Shown here piece by piece: positions 36,481 to 48,902 of a stretch of 64,000 bases of DNA (position 1 is the first letter of the stretch; each line of letters begins with the position of its first letter). Source of the stretch: Harriotta raleighana (taxonomy: Eukaryota); contig JBNZDD010013568.1 of NCBI GenBank assembly GCA_050575255.1, positions 1,419,243 to 1,483,242 of the forward strand. Reading direction: 5' to 3'. Position numbers and translations under genes: made by a program. The notes beneath the pieces were generated by a model that worked only from the letters and a program-made list of their open reading frames with translations, did no database searches and was not told where the DNA came from.

Positions 36481-39400
36481 AAATGTCTTTAATATATTTG
36501 GGTGGAAATGATCCCCACCCCACTCTGAGCTAATGGGGAAGAATTTTCTTCTGTAATATTCAGTCAGGATGTCAGGCTGAACTTTCAGTGACAGCTGGTT
36601 TTACAGTATATATCCTGCAGTGCCTGTTAGCACAACAGATGTACGGCGTAAATGATGGTGATGGAGATTGAATAGTAGCACCTGTTTCAGGAAATACTCA
36701 GCAGGGACCGGAGAGAGAGAAATCTCCCAAGATCGATCTTTACTCGAAGCATAAATATTCTCAGCACTCTGGCAGCAATGAGGTGAAGATGTGCTGGTCA
36801 GGAACCCCATTGGCTTACTTCATACCAGCACTAAATTGTTGCTCTTTGGGGCTGAGGACCTAAGCCTGCTCATAAAACCATTGGAGGAAGAATACTAATT
36901 GTGCATGATTTATGTCGGGCATAAGTACATTATATTACTGTACTTACCACTGCCTAATGAAGCAGCATCAGGTTAAGAACACATCATTCCATGTGCTTAG
37001 GAATATGCATCATGACCTGCTCTTAAATCTTGAATGAAGGCCATATCACTGGGAAAGGACAAGTTGGGATAAAAATACCACCTGGTTTACTCTTATTTTT
37101 TTAGCGTCCAGAATTTTGATGAATGCGGACAGACCAGTCTTATTTTTGAAACTGCGTTTTTTTTCCTCTGTAAAGTGTTGATGATGTTGATGATGATAAG
37201 GTGTTGACTTCTCCCGTCAATTGTGGTCTTGTCATGAAGCTGGTGGTTAACCCATCGATGAAATTCAAGGTTTAATGCCAAGCCCAGCATACCGTTCATT
37301 CACGTGGGACCATGAGATCCACAGGGTTTAATAAACATGAACTTTGAGCTCCGCAATGGTTAGATTCCTAATCACAATGCAATCGAGCAGCTGGCTTGTG
37401 TCAACGCTGAATACACAGATGTTGAGATGTTACCCAGGGCTCACAGCTGCAGGGATGACACTATAATGCGCCATCATGTTTCTCTACCTTGGCTGAACCT
37501 ATGAGGTAATATATGAGAGAAATGGTTCACAAACATACAGTTACTACAGTAGGCAACTATTTCCTGTGAAGTGCTTTGAGACATTTTGGTATTATAGGCT
37601 GGGTTGAGTTTTAATGCCCTGACCAGCAGTTCTTTGAGGTCTGGGGCATTCCCCATCTCTGTTTTTATGGGCTATAATCACAAGTAAGGGACATACCAGA
37701 TATATTTGGAGACTCAATGTTCTGTTACTGTCCATTCATTCTTATTATGTCCTATTCTTCATTCAGATAACATTCATCATTTATTCCTCAGCATGATAAG
37801 TTATCACTATGACGTTGTTTGGTTTCAGGTTCAGCTCCCTTCCTGTGTACGTACCCCTACAATCCTATAGTCACTGAGATCAGGGCTTAACTTTGATCCC
37901 TTTTTTCATGTTGCTGAGTTTTATCCGTACATTTTCCCAGGCCTCTGAGCAACTGCGTATGGGGGGCAATTTTGCTGAATCACTTAAGAGATATCTTAAT
38001 CGAGGAAACGGCGGTGGAGATTATTCCGTAAATAATTTAATAATTCTACAATACGTGGAACAGAAATTGTAACCTAAAATTGAATTTTCAGTTTGAATAA
38101 ACTCCGGCTGATGTAAAAGGCAGCGAGCTGTGGTATTGTTCAAGCCAGACAAAGTGCCCTCCTTGAGTGGTTCAGTGGGGCTTTTAAATTACATGAAACA
38201 CTTGACAGAAAAGTAAAACTCTCCTCGTGGTGTGGAGAGTCCAGGCAATTAACTTTTTTCCCCACAGGGAGGATGTCGAGGAATCCCAACGGTGCCTGAT
38301 CCGTTTATCACACAGATATATGTACAGAAGCTTAACAGAGATTTGAATAATTCAGGACATGAGGGCTGCCAAAGCTGCATAATGAGCCCGCAGTTGCTCT
38401 GAATGGCATTTTGATGGAGTGCGCAGTCGGACTGATCACGTGATCGCCTGCATTATTGAAGGGATGGCGAGAGATTTTCGGAAACTACATTCTGATGAAG
38501 TTACTTGATCAGATGGGTTGACGTTCAAACTCCAGATTTTACCAACAAAAAAAGGAACAGTTTTAAAGATAGGCTTGTGGTAATATGCCACTGCGCTCAG
38601 TGACAAGAGAGCGTTAAGTAGATCAGCTCTTCTGACCTTGATCTCGATTAAAGGATTCTCCCAGGATTCGGTAATTTCCCATTCTAGTTAATAGTCTTAG
38701 TCTCATTTCAGCGGGTCCTGTGGAACCAGCAAAGGATGGAGAGTGGACAGCAAATGAGGATGATTGCTGAGTCCAGGAACTGTTTAATCACGCCATGCTC
38801 TGCCACAACCCATCAACGGAAGTGTCAGGGGAGTGTGAATAATCACGGCCTATTGGGCAAACACACCGATTGTGTTTTAGCGAAGGAGTTTCCTTTACAA
38901 GCATATCTCTGACCACAACATGATCTGTGCCTGCCTCAGACATGGGTCTTTATTCCTAAAGGACAGCAGACAATCATGCCATCTGTTAACTCCCCTTTAG
39001 CAATGCCGCCGTGTGCGTCTGCGGATTTTCTAAAATCAGATTAAAAATAATATGCATCTTTGTGTTCAAAGTACATCTTCATCAACTCGAAACATCTCAA
39101 GCGCTGCTCTGTACTGCGATTACTGTAAAGTGTAGAGGCCATGTATTTGTAGTAGAATCCAGCACCTAATTTGTCTATAGCATAGACAACCTGGAGGTGA
39201 ATGACTAATTTAATAAAACCATGGAAATTTACAACAAAGAAGAACCTCATTAGGCTCATCATGTCTAACGCCAGCTTCCTCAGATTTTAACTTGTCTTAT
39301 TTTAAACTCATGCTGGGTTCCTCATCACCTTTTTTTTTGAATAATGCTGAAAATCCCTATAAATCTATCTGGAGTAAGATTAACAAATTCTGAAATGAAA

Positions 39401-39694
39401 GTGAATGGCACCAGCAATTAATTGAAATTCTATTGATGTAAAAGTACAGCTACAAGCACTGTTTGAAAAGAAATTGAACATTTTCATCACTGGTTAAATG
39501 AATGAAATGCTCATCAAAGAGACATTAGTGCTCGATGCTTTTGGGTTCGGATATGCAATTTGTAGACTTTGGGGTATGTTGAGGGATTGATTTACGCTCT
39601 GTTGAACAGTTTGATAACAGTTTTTTATAATTCTTAGTTATGATTAATGTGCACGGAGTCCCAGTGAATACGTTCCACACTGATCAGACTGCTC

Positions 39695-39897
39695 CACATG
39701 GGCAAGTTTCCTTACTCCACGCGCCTAATAATAATCCCTCCCAAAAAATATTGGTCATTTCAAACCACAAATATTTCAATACATTGCGGAGCCCACAAGT
39801 ATACAGTCAGTTCACTTTACAGTATATTCTGTGAAGCGCTTTGAGACTCTGAGAAGACGTGAAAAGCGCTATAACAAATGCAAGGATTATTATTACT
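39695..39897 (+). mobile_element. SINE copy with deletion in the Deu body (tail C)
   Basis: tgggcaagtttccttactccacgcgcctaataataatcc...gtgaagcgctttgagactctgagaagacgtgaaaagcgct. Confidence 0.85.
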
Positions 39898-40784
39898 ACC
39901 ATACAATTTATAGTCTCATCCAGGCTCATTTTGGTTGCACTCGTGCTTCTGAGTCAGTTGATTGTGGGTTTAGCCCCACATTGATGCTATGGAAGGCAAT
40001 GAAAGACGTCTACATAAATTGAAAGTGCTTTGGATGGTTTGTTTTAACTTGCTCTAAGAATTCCCCATATACCGTAAAAAGTGCATAAAACACATCAGTC
40101 GAACACAATCATTCATTTCCTACAGTTCATGGTAGTATAGCTTGTAAAAATGCACTGCAAGACACTTCAACTACAACACTGCCCATTTGAGGACTTGATC
40201 CTGTAGAGTTTTAGTGGGGTGCACTGAACTGACAGATGAGTGAGCACTTCCAAGGGAAACACAAACAGTAAATATTACCCTTCTCTTGAAAACTCAATTC
40301 TAGACCTACTGGGAGCTTGAATTGTTTCATGTGTGAAGGCATCTGCAAGAGGCAGACGGAAACTCAGATAAATGGGACGCTTTATTCATGCAGGTCGGAT
40401 TTTACTTTCTCCTGCATTTTGGGAAATGTGTTATTCCACTGTGTGCACGGATGGCTTCCAAGATGCGTTAAAAACTCCATTCTGCTGCAAGGCTGCTGTT
40501 CGTTTCAAAAATACATTTGGGCTTTGAAACTGCCTGACAAGGGGAATGTCGAGTAATTGTTTCAGTCGCAGGCAGTTGCTCGGTGGCTTTCAGGACTCAG
40601 CCTTTGAAAGTGCAAATTGTGGAGATTCCTATCCCACGCAACATGGTTGGCTCCTGACATCCAGTGAAATGACCCTAACAAGTCACCCAGTCACACTAAC
40701 CAGGGAAAGGCAATAAATATCAACCTAGGCGGCAGCCATAATATTCCAAGATGTATTTAAGAAATCAATAGCTGATGCCTCCAG

Positions 40785-40848
40785 GGCCTTGGGACGTCCT
40801 CCTGACGTGAAACGCGCTCTATAAATGCAATTTTGTTGTTGTTGTTGT
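40785..40848 (+). mobile_element. Tail-only L2 type-A insertion (representative of many copies)
   Basis: gccttgggacgtcctcctgacgtgaaacgcgctctataaatgcaattttgttgttgttgttg; similar copies near 8913, 11306, 16230, 30817, 32700, 33155, 33825, 54415 and 59068. Confidence 0.85.
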
Positions 40849-41260
40849 CTTCACGTTCAGCCATTCTTAAATGAATCCAGCATCTATGCCTCAATCCCCC
40901 TCCCTGGGAAAACTCTGACCTTCAAGGCCACTCACGGCCTTGCCCCCGCCCATCAGATCGATGGAAGGAAGTTCCTCTGATTTTCCAGGCAAGGGCATAG
41001 CTTGACAGTTTAAGTACCTGTAATTTGGAGCAATGTGGAATAAGAGCCAGAATTACACACCCCTTCCACATTGTATCTCATCGGGCCCTTTAAAAAAAAC
41101 TAACATCCAAATACTATACTCCAACTGTTCTGCATATCTCAATCAAGAACACGCAATTACTTTTACTTTAGAATTTGATACCGTTAAATAAATAGTGTAA
41201 TCAGCAGACTGGCCAGTGCAGCATCTATTTGAGCCTTAATTTTATAATCCAATAAAATGG

Positions 41261-41340
41261 AAGCCTGAAATTTCACCCAGTCTTAGCCTGAGAAACTATT
41301 TTATCTTAAAATGGAGGAAAATTCTGAAATCCAGTCACTA
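41261..41340. mobile_element. MITE left end (AGGCCTGAAATT family)
   Basis: aagcctgaaatttcacccagtcttagcctg is the near reverse complement of 52613-52642. Confidence 0.65.
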
Positions 41341-42091
41341 CTTCAACAGTTCGAACAATCATTTCTCCTGGCAATTGATGCTGTGTCATTTTCCATGTAT
41401 CGTTCCGCACCATGACCTTACATATCCGTCCTTCATAAGTTCCGATTTCTCAGTAATGATTGCTGCAATTATTCTCTGGATCCAGTTTATAGTCACCGTG
41501 GATAGATTGCTGTAAACAGCAAGTGATTGAAGGCGTGATAAAGGTTTTTCAGTTATCTGGATATATTACAGCACCTGCCAGTTATCTCACATCTCCAGAC
41601 TGCTACTGATGTGTGTATTATTGAGTGATCAATAAATAGCCAGCAGAAGCTATCAGTTTACACACTGGGCTGGATTGTCAGCAGTGTTAGGAACTAGATG
41701 AGATTTTTATATGAATAAGAAAGATTTTCTTGAACTGTGATGGTATCGTTTCCAGTGTTTCAGTGATAGATTAATATCAGAGATGGAGTAAGTAGCATTT
41801 AATCCGATTGCCAACAGATGCAAATCTAATGTAACTGAACGTGGAGGAAATGTACAGAGTGGTAATCCTTGAGAGGTTGACGGTGCTCACCCACTGACAA
41901 TGCAGCCAAGACAACAGCCTAAGAGGGTTCGGGGGTGTAAAGGGCAGCTGGGGATGGGTGGTGGAGGCCAGGACGTTTGTAATCATGCTCCAATGGGAAA
42001 GTTAAAGGTTGGGTCTCTAATAAGCATGAGACAAACGGGCTGAAGGGCTTTAATCCTCTGTCCCTCTCTTCTCTCAGAAAGTTTGATGTAG

Positions 42092-42282
42092 AATAATAAT
42101 AATCCTTGCATTTGATATAGCGAATTAATAACCAATTTTATTATTGTGGGTTTTTTGGGACAGATTTTTATCAGGCTTCTGGAGTAAGGAAACTTGTCCA
42201 AGGTTTCGCCTTGATCTGCCTGAATTCGAACACAAGTCTCACGCTTGTAAGGCCGGTGCTCTAACCACTGAGCTATTGAAGC
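42092..42282 (-). mobile_element. tRNA-headed SINE with central deletion
   Basis: Reverse complement: tagctcagtggttagagcacc...gtgttcgaattcaggcagatcaaggcgaaaccttggacaagtttccttactcc...aattggtt then directly cgctatatcaaatgcaaggattattatt. Confidence 0.85.
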
Positions 42283-42399
42283 TCCACAGACACTGTTCTT
42301 GTTGGAACAACAAGGTGTCCGGGAAGATCAAGAAGGTTTCAGAGGCCAGGCAAATCCCGACGTGTCTATGTTGAAAACTAGTATCTGTCTATTATCACA

Positions 42400-42648
42400 T
42401 GATAGGTGACTAAGCCTACGACCTAATGCTGTGGGACACTCAATCCCAAAATCTTCCTCCCTTATCTCTGCAACCAAAAATTCCTTTAAAAACATCTCTT
42501 TGACTCCGACTTGGTCAACCTGCCTCAACCTGTCCCNNNCCTCCCCCCCCCCCCCCCCCCCCGGCTATGGTTCCTGCTCAGTGATCCCCATCAGCTTTGT
42601 GAAGCACTTGGGGACATGGTAAAGATCTTATACAATGTATGTTTTGTT
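42400..42648 (+). mobile_element. Old L2 3' region fragment (contains NNN gap)
   Basis: cctaatgctgtgggacactc...ctttaaaaacatctctttgac...tgtgaagcacttggggacatg. Confidence 0.5.
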
Positions 42649-43359
42649 AGGCCTTTTCATTGTAAATGCCAAGATGAGATGCACTGAGTACTTTGAGAAT
42701 AGCAGAATGCTGTTTGAACATTCGCACACAAATATTCAAATTACAAATGCATATTCATTGTACGCCCCTGTTATCACAAACCTTCTGTGCCTGTGGAAGT
42801 TAATGCATGCAGAATGCTTGTGAAAGATAACATAGAGAATTAGTCTGTGGTGACAAGAGGGTGAAAGCTCTCACAAGAATGATGAAATAATAACAGAACA
42901 GCAAGCTTTCGCTTTCTTCTCCCTTCTGCAAACTGTCATTTATAATACAAAATAGACATATGCCGTGCTAATCTCCGAAGGAAAATGAAGCAGAGCAGCT
43001 CATTTTCCCACTGAGCAATCAATTGCCTGTAGCTGGCAGAGGCTATGAGCTACAGAAGAGATTCCTGACCTGTACTGAATGATTGTTATCAGAGGAAGGG
43101 CACTTGGGCCATTCATTAGTGAGTCGCCCACGGTAATTCTGCCCGGACTCTTCATTGCGTGTGTTTCTCTATCTGTAAATGCATCTGTGTGCACATTCAG
43201 GATAATTTTATATCTCAATTTACACGGTTGGAACTGGTTAACCAGAGACCCTGTGTGAGGTCCACGCCTTGATTCAGTAATGATTTGCTGCTGATCCTGT
43301 TTTCGATTGAATCGCACTTCCAGCTTCACTTTGCATCCTTGTATCCTTGAGCAAATTCT

Positions 43360-43544
43360 TTCCAGTTTAGCCCATCAGGAGCATTTTATTTTAAATGGCG
43401 CAAAGTTGTGGAAAATTCTTAAATCCAGACTTTAATCTGAAAGCCGATCCTTTTTTAAGAACTTCAGGTAAACCGACTTCCAAATCGAGACCGGATTGAA
43501 GGCAAGTTGTCCCACAGGCTGAGATCAGGTGGAATTTCAGGCCT
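43360..43544. mobile_element. MITE (AGGCCTGAAATT family), right TIR intact
   Basis: tggaaaattcttaaatccag...aaaccgacttccaaatc...caggctgagatcaggtggaatttcaggcct. Confidence 0.65.
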
Positions 43545-44184
43545 CCCGGCTGGATACGCACAAGCGTTTCTCACTTTTTAAGCGTGTTTTTGCTAGCGGT
43601 GTTCACCTGCAGACTGTCGTTTGCTGGAGTTCCTGGGGGGGGGGGAGTGCAAGAAGCCAGAAGCGTTGATTTGGAGGAAAGTGAAATGTTGAAGTCAACA
43701 CTGTTATAAAACCTAAGCAAAGTGAGCAGTCATTTATCAGCTGGAGACTGAATGCACATGTTAGCTGGATCTTTGTTTAATTAACCATACATGCCAATTT
43801 CAATCTGTTTTACAGTCTTTAGTATTTACATCATGTTTGTCAGCCATTTAAAATTGATTCCCGAATGCTCCTTTCTGCCATGCCAGCGGAAGATATTTTG
43901 GTTGAGAAAAAGTACTTTTTTTACCCCCCCCTCCCACCCCAAACATTTTTAGTTTTCACGCTCTCGGCTATGGCAGCAGATTGAGTGCTGCAACTGGCTG
44001 TGATATCTCTATATCAGGGACGAGGATATCTGCCAGGGTTCCTGAAGCCTGTCACTGCTGACCAGAGACCTCTCTGCTCAGCAAGTATGGGTATTGTGTG
44101 CGTCCATGCGTCACCTTGTTGTAATCTCGAGACATCTCAAAGTACTACACAGTACAATGTATAGCACAATGACTGTTTATTTTG

Positions 44185-44400
44185 TGGGTGAATAATGGCG
44201 AGGGAAAGACCAGTGAGGAAAGGATTGGGATTATTGAGGTCGGTGGTGATGAATGGATATGGGTTTGGCCCACGTTGGGCATGAGACACAGTTGGAGGCG
44301 GGCGATGTGGTGGAGGTGGAGGAATGTGGTCCTGGGCAGAGACCAGATGTGGGGAAGGACAGTCGGGAACCAATACTGATGCCTAGTTTGAGCACAGGTT
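44185..44400 (-). mobile_element. Highly decayed L2 RT fragment
   Basis: Reverse complement yields LGISIGSRLSF.../RTTFLHLHHIARLQLCL.../FITTDLNNPNPFLTGL, resembling L2 'LGV..D..LSF...FFHLRNIARLR...FVTSRLDYCNSLLAGL'. Confidence 0.6.
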
Positions 44401-45298
44401 TAGTGAGTCTGAAGGGTAGGCAATTGAGAAGAAAATCGAGCGCAAAATAGGGTAATGAGATGAAAACAAATTAATGCTGATATAATGATTCAAAACAATG
44501 TGATGACTTTTCTCATCACATGAAAAGCAAGTTTAGATCAGTGACTGAATTAAAATTAAGTTTTGATGAATCTTTGCAGCTGTTTCTCTATTCAACCTGG
44601 TATTCCTATTCCTAAAAGTTTCTCAACCAGAGAGCGAGAGACAGCATTAAACAGACTGTTTCCCCTCACTAACACCAGTTAGCCTCCAGAAAATGAACAG
44701 CGAAGGTGCCTTTCATGTCAGGTGGATGATTATACAGGATATCAACCTTTTAATTAATTTCCCTTCTCCATTAATTCTACTTACAAGGGTGAAATAACTG
44801 TCTTTTAACTACTAATTGGATCAAGGCAATTTGATGCTCAGCCAGCGTTCCTGGGATGTCACACAGTGTTCACAACGCGGATGACATAATTACCAGATTA
44901 ATTTTCATAAACACTTCAGAGCTGAAACATAAACATTCTTGGCCGGGAGTTGTGATAGATTTATGGAGTCCTCAAACAGATTTGCTCAGCTTTTCCCTGA
45001 CCACTTTAAAGTAATAAAGATATAAGGTGCTATTTAACTTACTACGTGTAAAGGAAGACAGCAGTTTCAGGGCTTATTAAGATGGTAGATGGTTGTGAGG
45101 ATAGACATACGTTTAGCACTTAAATTCCTTCGGCAGTGAGTAAGATTCCATGGCCACATGGATCCCGTTCTTTAGCGTGTCTCTCAATGAACTAAATACT
45201 GAGGCATCTTTTGCCATTTTGGATGTAGGAATGGAATAATTGTGGAAAAATTATTTGATCAGCAACATCCAGCGCTTAAAAAGATCTTCACAATACAT

Positions 45299-45659
45299 AA
45301 ACAAAACAATCAGAACTCCAGACATCCCTTGCCTCTCTGGTGTTTTGGCTGTTCTATCACCACTAAACACCTCTTCTCCCCAGTTTCGTTCAAACCCATC
45401 TCCTTTTGTTTCTCGCCCGTACATTGTTAGCACATTTTCAACCCATTAGTTAATACACTCTTTTTTCTTTGTCTTTTTTGTCTCCTTTGTCTTCCATGTC
45501 CTGCCCCCCCCCCCCCGTCGCTCTAATTTCCTTAAAATCTCTCCCTCCAAACATGCCCCAGTTCTGATGAAGGGTCGTGGACCCGAAACGTTGACTCGCT
45601 TTCCTTTCTCCATGGATGCTGCCTGACCTGCTGAGTTTCCCCAATAACTTCTGTTTTTC
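45299..45659 (+). mobile_element. Penelope-like element pLTR/3' fragment, 361 bp
   Basis: Exact 13-bp TSD CTTCACAATACAT at 45286-45298 and 45660-45672; pyrimidine-rich body; contains a hammerhead motif followed by ttctccatggatgctgcctgacctgctgagtt. Confidence 0.75.
45560..45596 (+). ncRNA. Minimal type I hammerhead ribozyme motif
   Basis: agtt-CTGATGA-a-gggtc gtg gaccc-GAAA-cGTT-gact: both core boxes, 5-bp stem II, palindromic ACGT stem III, 4-bp stem I. Confidence 0.7.
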
Positions 45660-46509
45660 CTTCACAATACATCTTGGCTGGTCTCTGAATAATAAAAGTA
45701 AAATAAATAGAGAATTCCACACTACTTCACCTCTTATACATCAATCTAGCTCTACGATTCCCTTTTGAATCTGCTCATTTTATTCCGCCTTCACTCCCTC
45801 CCTATTCCCAGCACTAACTGTCCTCCTGAATTGGAGTCTCTGTGTTCTCTTATTCTAGTTTTTATTTCAACACTCGCGTTTAGTTTACACATGTCGATTG
45901 GGATCCTGAATATTTCAAATAAGATCTCCCCCAAGCCTATTTTTAGTGTATACCTCAGGACATTTTGGTGGGGATTTGTGTTTGGATACTGTGAGTAAAA
46001 AAAACATTTAATTCTCTGACATTCAGGGGATGGTAATTGGACATTTATTTTAAACTAATAGCAGAACAATGTCATTTGTATGCTTATCGCTGATCATTTC
46101 CATAATTTGTTATTGAACAAAGTGGAATTACTTTCTGCTTTCCTGTTAGCTTTGTATTTGGGCTGATGGCGAATGTTTGAAGAGAAAACCTCGTGAATAT
46201 TTTATGGGAAATATGGAGAAGACAGCCAGCTTTCATGCAAACAAAGATCATTACCATGGCTGGCAGCAAATGTAAAGGAAACGAAACCGGCATGTAATGC
46301 CAATATTTGGTGTGAATAGCGAAATCTGATGATTAAATCCAAGGCTATTTGCTTCATCCGAATGACTCTGTTACATTAAAAAATTGACTTCTGTTCGTTT
46401 GTATTCATATCAATGTGAGACGCTCTTAAATCAGTCATTTAAACTCTTCACCATGGAGAAGAGGCTCACTGACACTGCCAATACCAATAGAGATCTCTCA
46501 ACACACTTT

Positions 46510-46665
46510 AAATAATAACTAAAATAATCCTTGTACTTGATACAGCATCTAAAGCTTCATGGTATCTCAAAGTGCTTCACAGGGAACTCTTGCCAAGTGC
46601 AGTGACTGTTTATTTATAGACAGACAGGATAGCCAATTTGCACATAACAATGTCTCACAAACAAT
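46510..46665 (-). mobile_element. Deu-type SINE 3' half (tail C)
   Basis: aaataatccttgtacttgatacagc...tctcaaagtgcttcacagggaa...agccaatttgcacataacaatgtctcacaaac. Confidence 0.7.
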
Positions 46666-48294
46666 TTGAAGCAATGTGAAGCGAATTACCAATTTATAAT
46701 TATAATTTGTATAGTTTTATAAATTATAATTTGCAATAAGTATGTGTAAAAANATGTCTCACAAACAATTTGAAGCAATGTGAAGCGAATTACCAATTTA
46801 TAAGTATAATTTGTATAGTTTTATAAATTATAATTTGCAATAAGTATGTGTAAAACTTGGCTACTTTAAGATGGGAATAGGATCTGGGTATATTGTACAT
46901 TTATTTGCTAATTTACAACACACAGCACTAGAGTAGTTGCATTTCACAATACTGTTAAACCCCAATTCTTCCGCTGTGAGATAGAATGTCTCCAAAAAGC
47001 AACTTTATAGGGTTTGTTGGTGAATCCAACCCTTCTCTTCGCCCCCGCAATCGTTACCAAAACTTGCGTTGAGTCACACAGAAGCTATTGAAAGTTTGGG
47101 GGTGTTTCTATGAGGATTCACACCAGAGAGAGAGCGAGAAACACTTTGAGTTTGCAGACAGAAAAAGTCATTGATGGATATTATTCAAAACTTTAATATT
47201 TAACAAAGTAACTCAAATCAAAAATCTCTCCGCTATCACTCTCCGAGTGTACAGCTGAGAGGTGTCTGTGTGAGTCCTGAGCAGATGGTGGAAATGAATG
47301 AATTTAGGTGACAGCTCCAACTAAAGCTGACACATAAAGAATGTACAAATATAGCTTTGTTTCTCACATAAGCACTCTGTCACAAATAATTTACCTGAAG
47401 TGCTCTAAATCTCTGCCGAGTGCTATTGATTGCATCCGTGGCCTTGGTGGGAAGCAATTACAATGAAATGTCAGACTGTTAATGCAATCCAGTTTAGTGG
47501 TCTATCACATCTGCTCTTCACTGCCTGACACATCCATGACAAATGTAAAATTACTAAAAGCAATGAACTCTTCTGTCTTGCATGCGTGTTCCTTTCAAAT
47601 TAGTGCTGCCATACATTACATTTCCTGTTGTGTGCTGCTCTGAGTGGATGTCTTTATGGTTTAAATGTTAGCTGTGCCTCTCTTTTATCGTCCAGTCAGC
47701 AATGAATATTCTGACGTTGGGAACATATTTAGAGGCCACATTAAGCTCTTTTGCAAGCCTGGGTGGGATGAAATTTTTTTTATCGGTGCTGCGCATAATA
47801 TTCCATTATTTTTGTCAGTGTTTTGTGTCTGTGACCTCCATTCAACACTCAGGTTAAAGAGCTGGGAGAGTGACCTGCTTTAAAATAACATTAGGGAGAC
47901 TCGGGGAGCTTGGAGTTAGTTTGCCAATTGGAGGTACACACTCAAGACTATAACAGATCATTCACTTCACGGCCGTTTATTGGATATTGCCTCTTTCACT
48001 TACATATACACCGTCACTGCCCTGTACAGAAGCACTCCGAGATTTTCTCACCATTAAAAGGGCGTTAGATCAATCGTGTGGATTAATATAAACATTGATG
48101 GGCGGCAGACTTATTTGGAATGGTCCGAAAATAAACAGAAAATCGTTCATTCGATCTGGCACAACTGCCTCTGGTATTCTCACTGACAGACATTGGGATT
48201 TGAATTTCCTCGCCTCGGGCACCGAGTGTGCAGTTTCTCTCTGGCTCGGGTGACCAAGGTTGTGGTGGTGGAGTCAGGCACTGCTTACCTCTTG

Positions 48295-48462
48295 GCATCA
48301 AACCAATTGGAGCAGTTGCCAGGAATAGCGGGGGAAGCCATTACACTGGATTGCTTTAGAAAGCAGCTTCACGCTGTGATGGGAGGACAAGAGGATGGGA
48401 TTACGGAGGGATGAGATCAGATGGGCCGGAGGATTTTCTTCATCCAAACTAATCTTGTGAGT
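48295..48462 (+). mobile_element. CR1-clade LINE 3' end
   Basis: tggagcagttgccagg...gctttagaaagcagctt...gatgggccggaggattttcttcatccaaactaatcttgtga; an inverse copy lies at 62820-63030. Confidence 0.6.
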
Positions 48463-48769
48463 TTTGCCTTCAGGTGTAGTGCTCCATCTAGTGCTCTATC
48501 TCCAGACTTCCCTGGTGCGAATTAGAGAGAAGGAATGAGTGTCAGAGCTGGGACTCAAACCCCATCCACTCTGAGTCCAGTCTTAAATTGTATTTGCTAA
48601 ACTGCTAAACCCAATAATGAGATCTTACATATTCCAAGTTTGAAACGCTGAGATTTTCATGCCTTGATCAATCTTTTTAATAAAAACACTTTACAGATTC
48701 TATTTACTTACAAAACACTCTCAATTCTCATCAAGCACTTTGAGGTGTTTCAACATAACGGGGGAACTT

Positions 48770-48902
48770 TAAAAAGTTCTTCTGCTAATTGTCCGCAAAA
48801 TATACAGTAAATTCAATTTATTGTACATTCTGCGAAGCACTTTTAGACGTCTCAACAACGTGATAAGGTGCTCTATCAAATGCATAGATTATTATTATTA
48901 TT
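48770..48902 (+). mobile_element. SINE 3' fragment (tail C)
   Basis: aaatatacagtaaattcaattt...gcgaagcacttttagacgtctcaacaacgtgataaggtgct...attattatta. Confidence 0.75.

Noticed and set aside
38250-38402. Exon after strong acceptor ttttttccccacag
   Set aside because: The two frames translated close within 45 codons, with no clear donor or recognisable peptide
46650-46855. About 102-bp direct duplication
   Set aside because: The two near-identical copies abut a single N at 46753, typical of an unmerged contig overlap rather than a real tandem repeat
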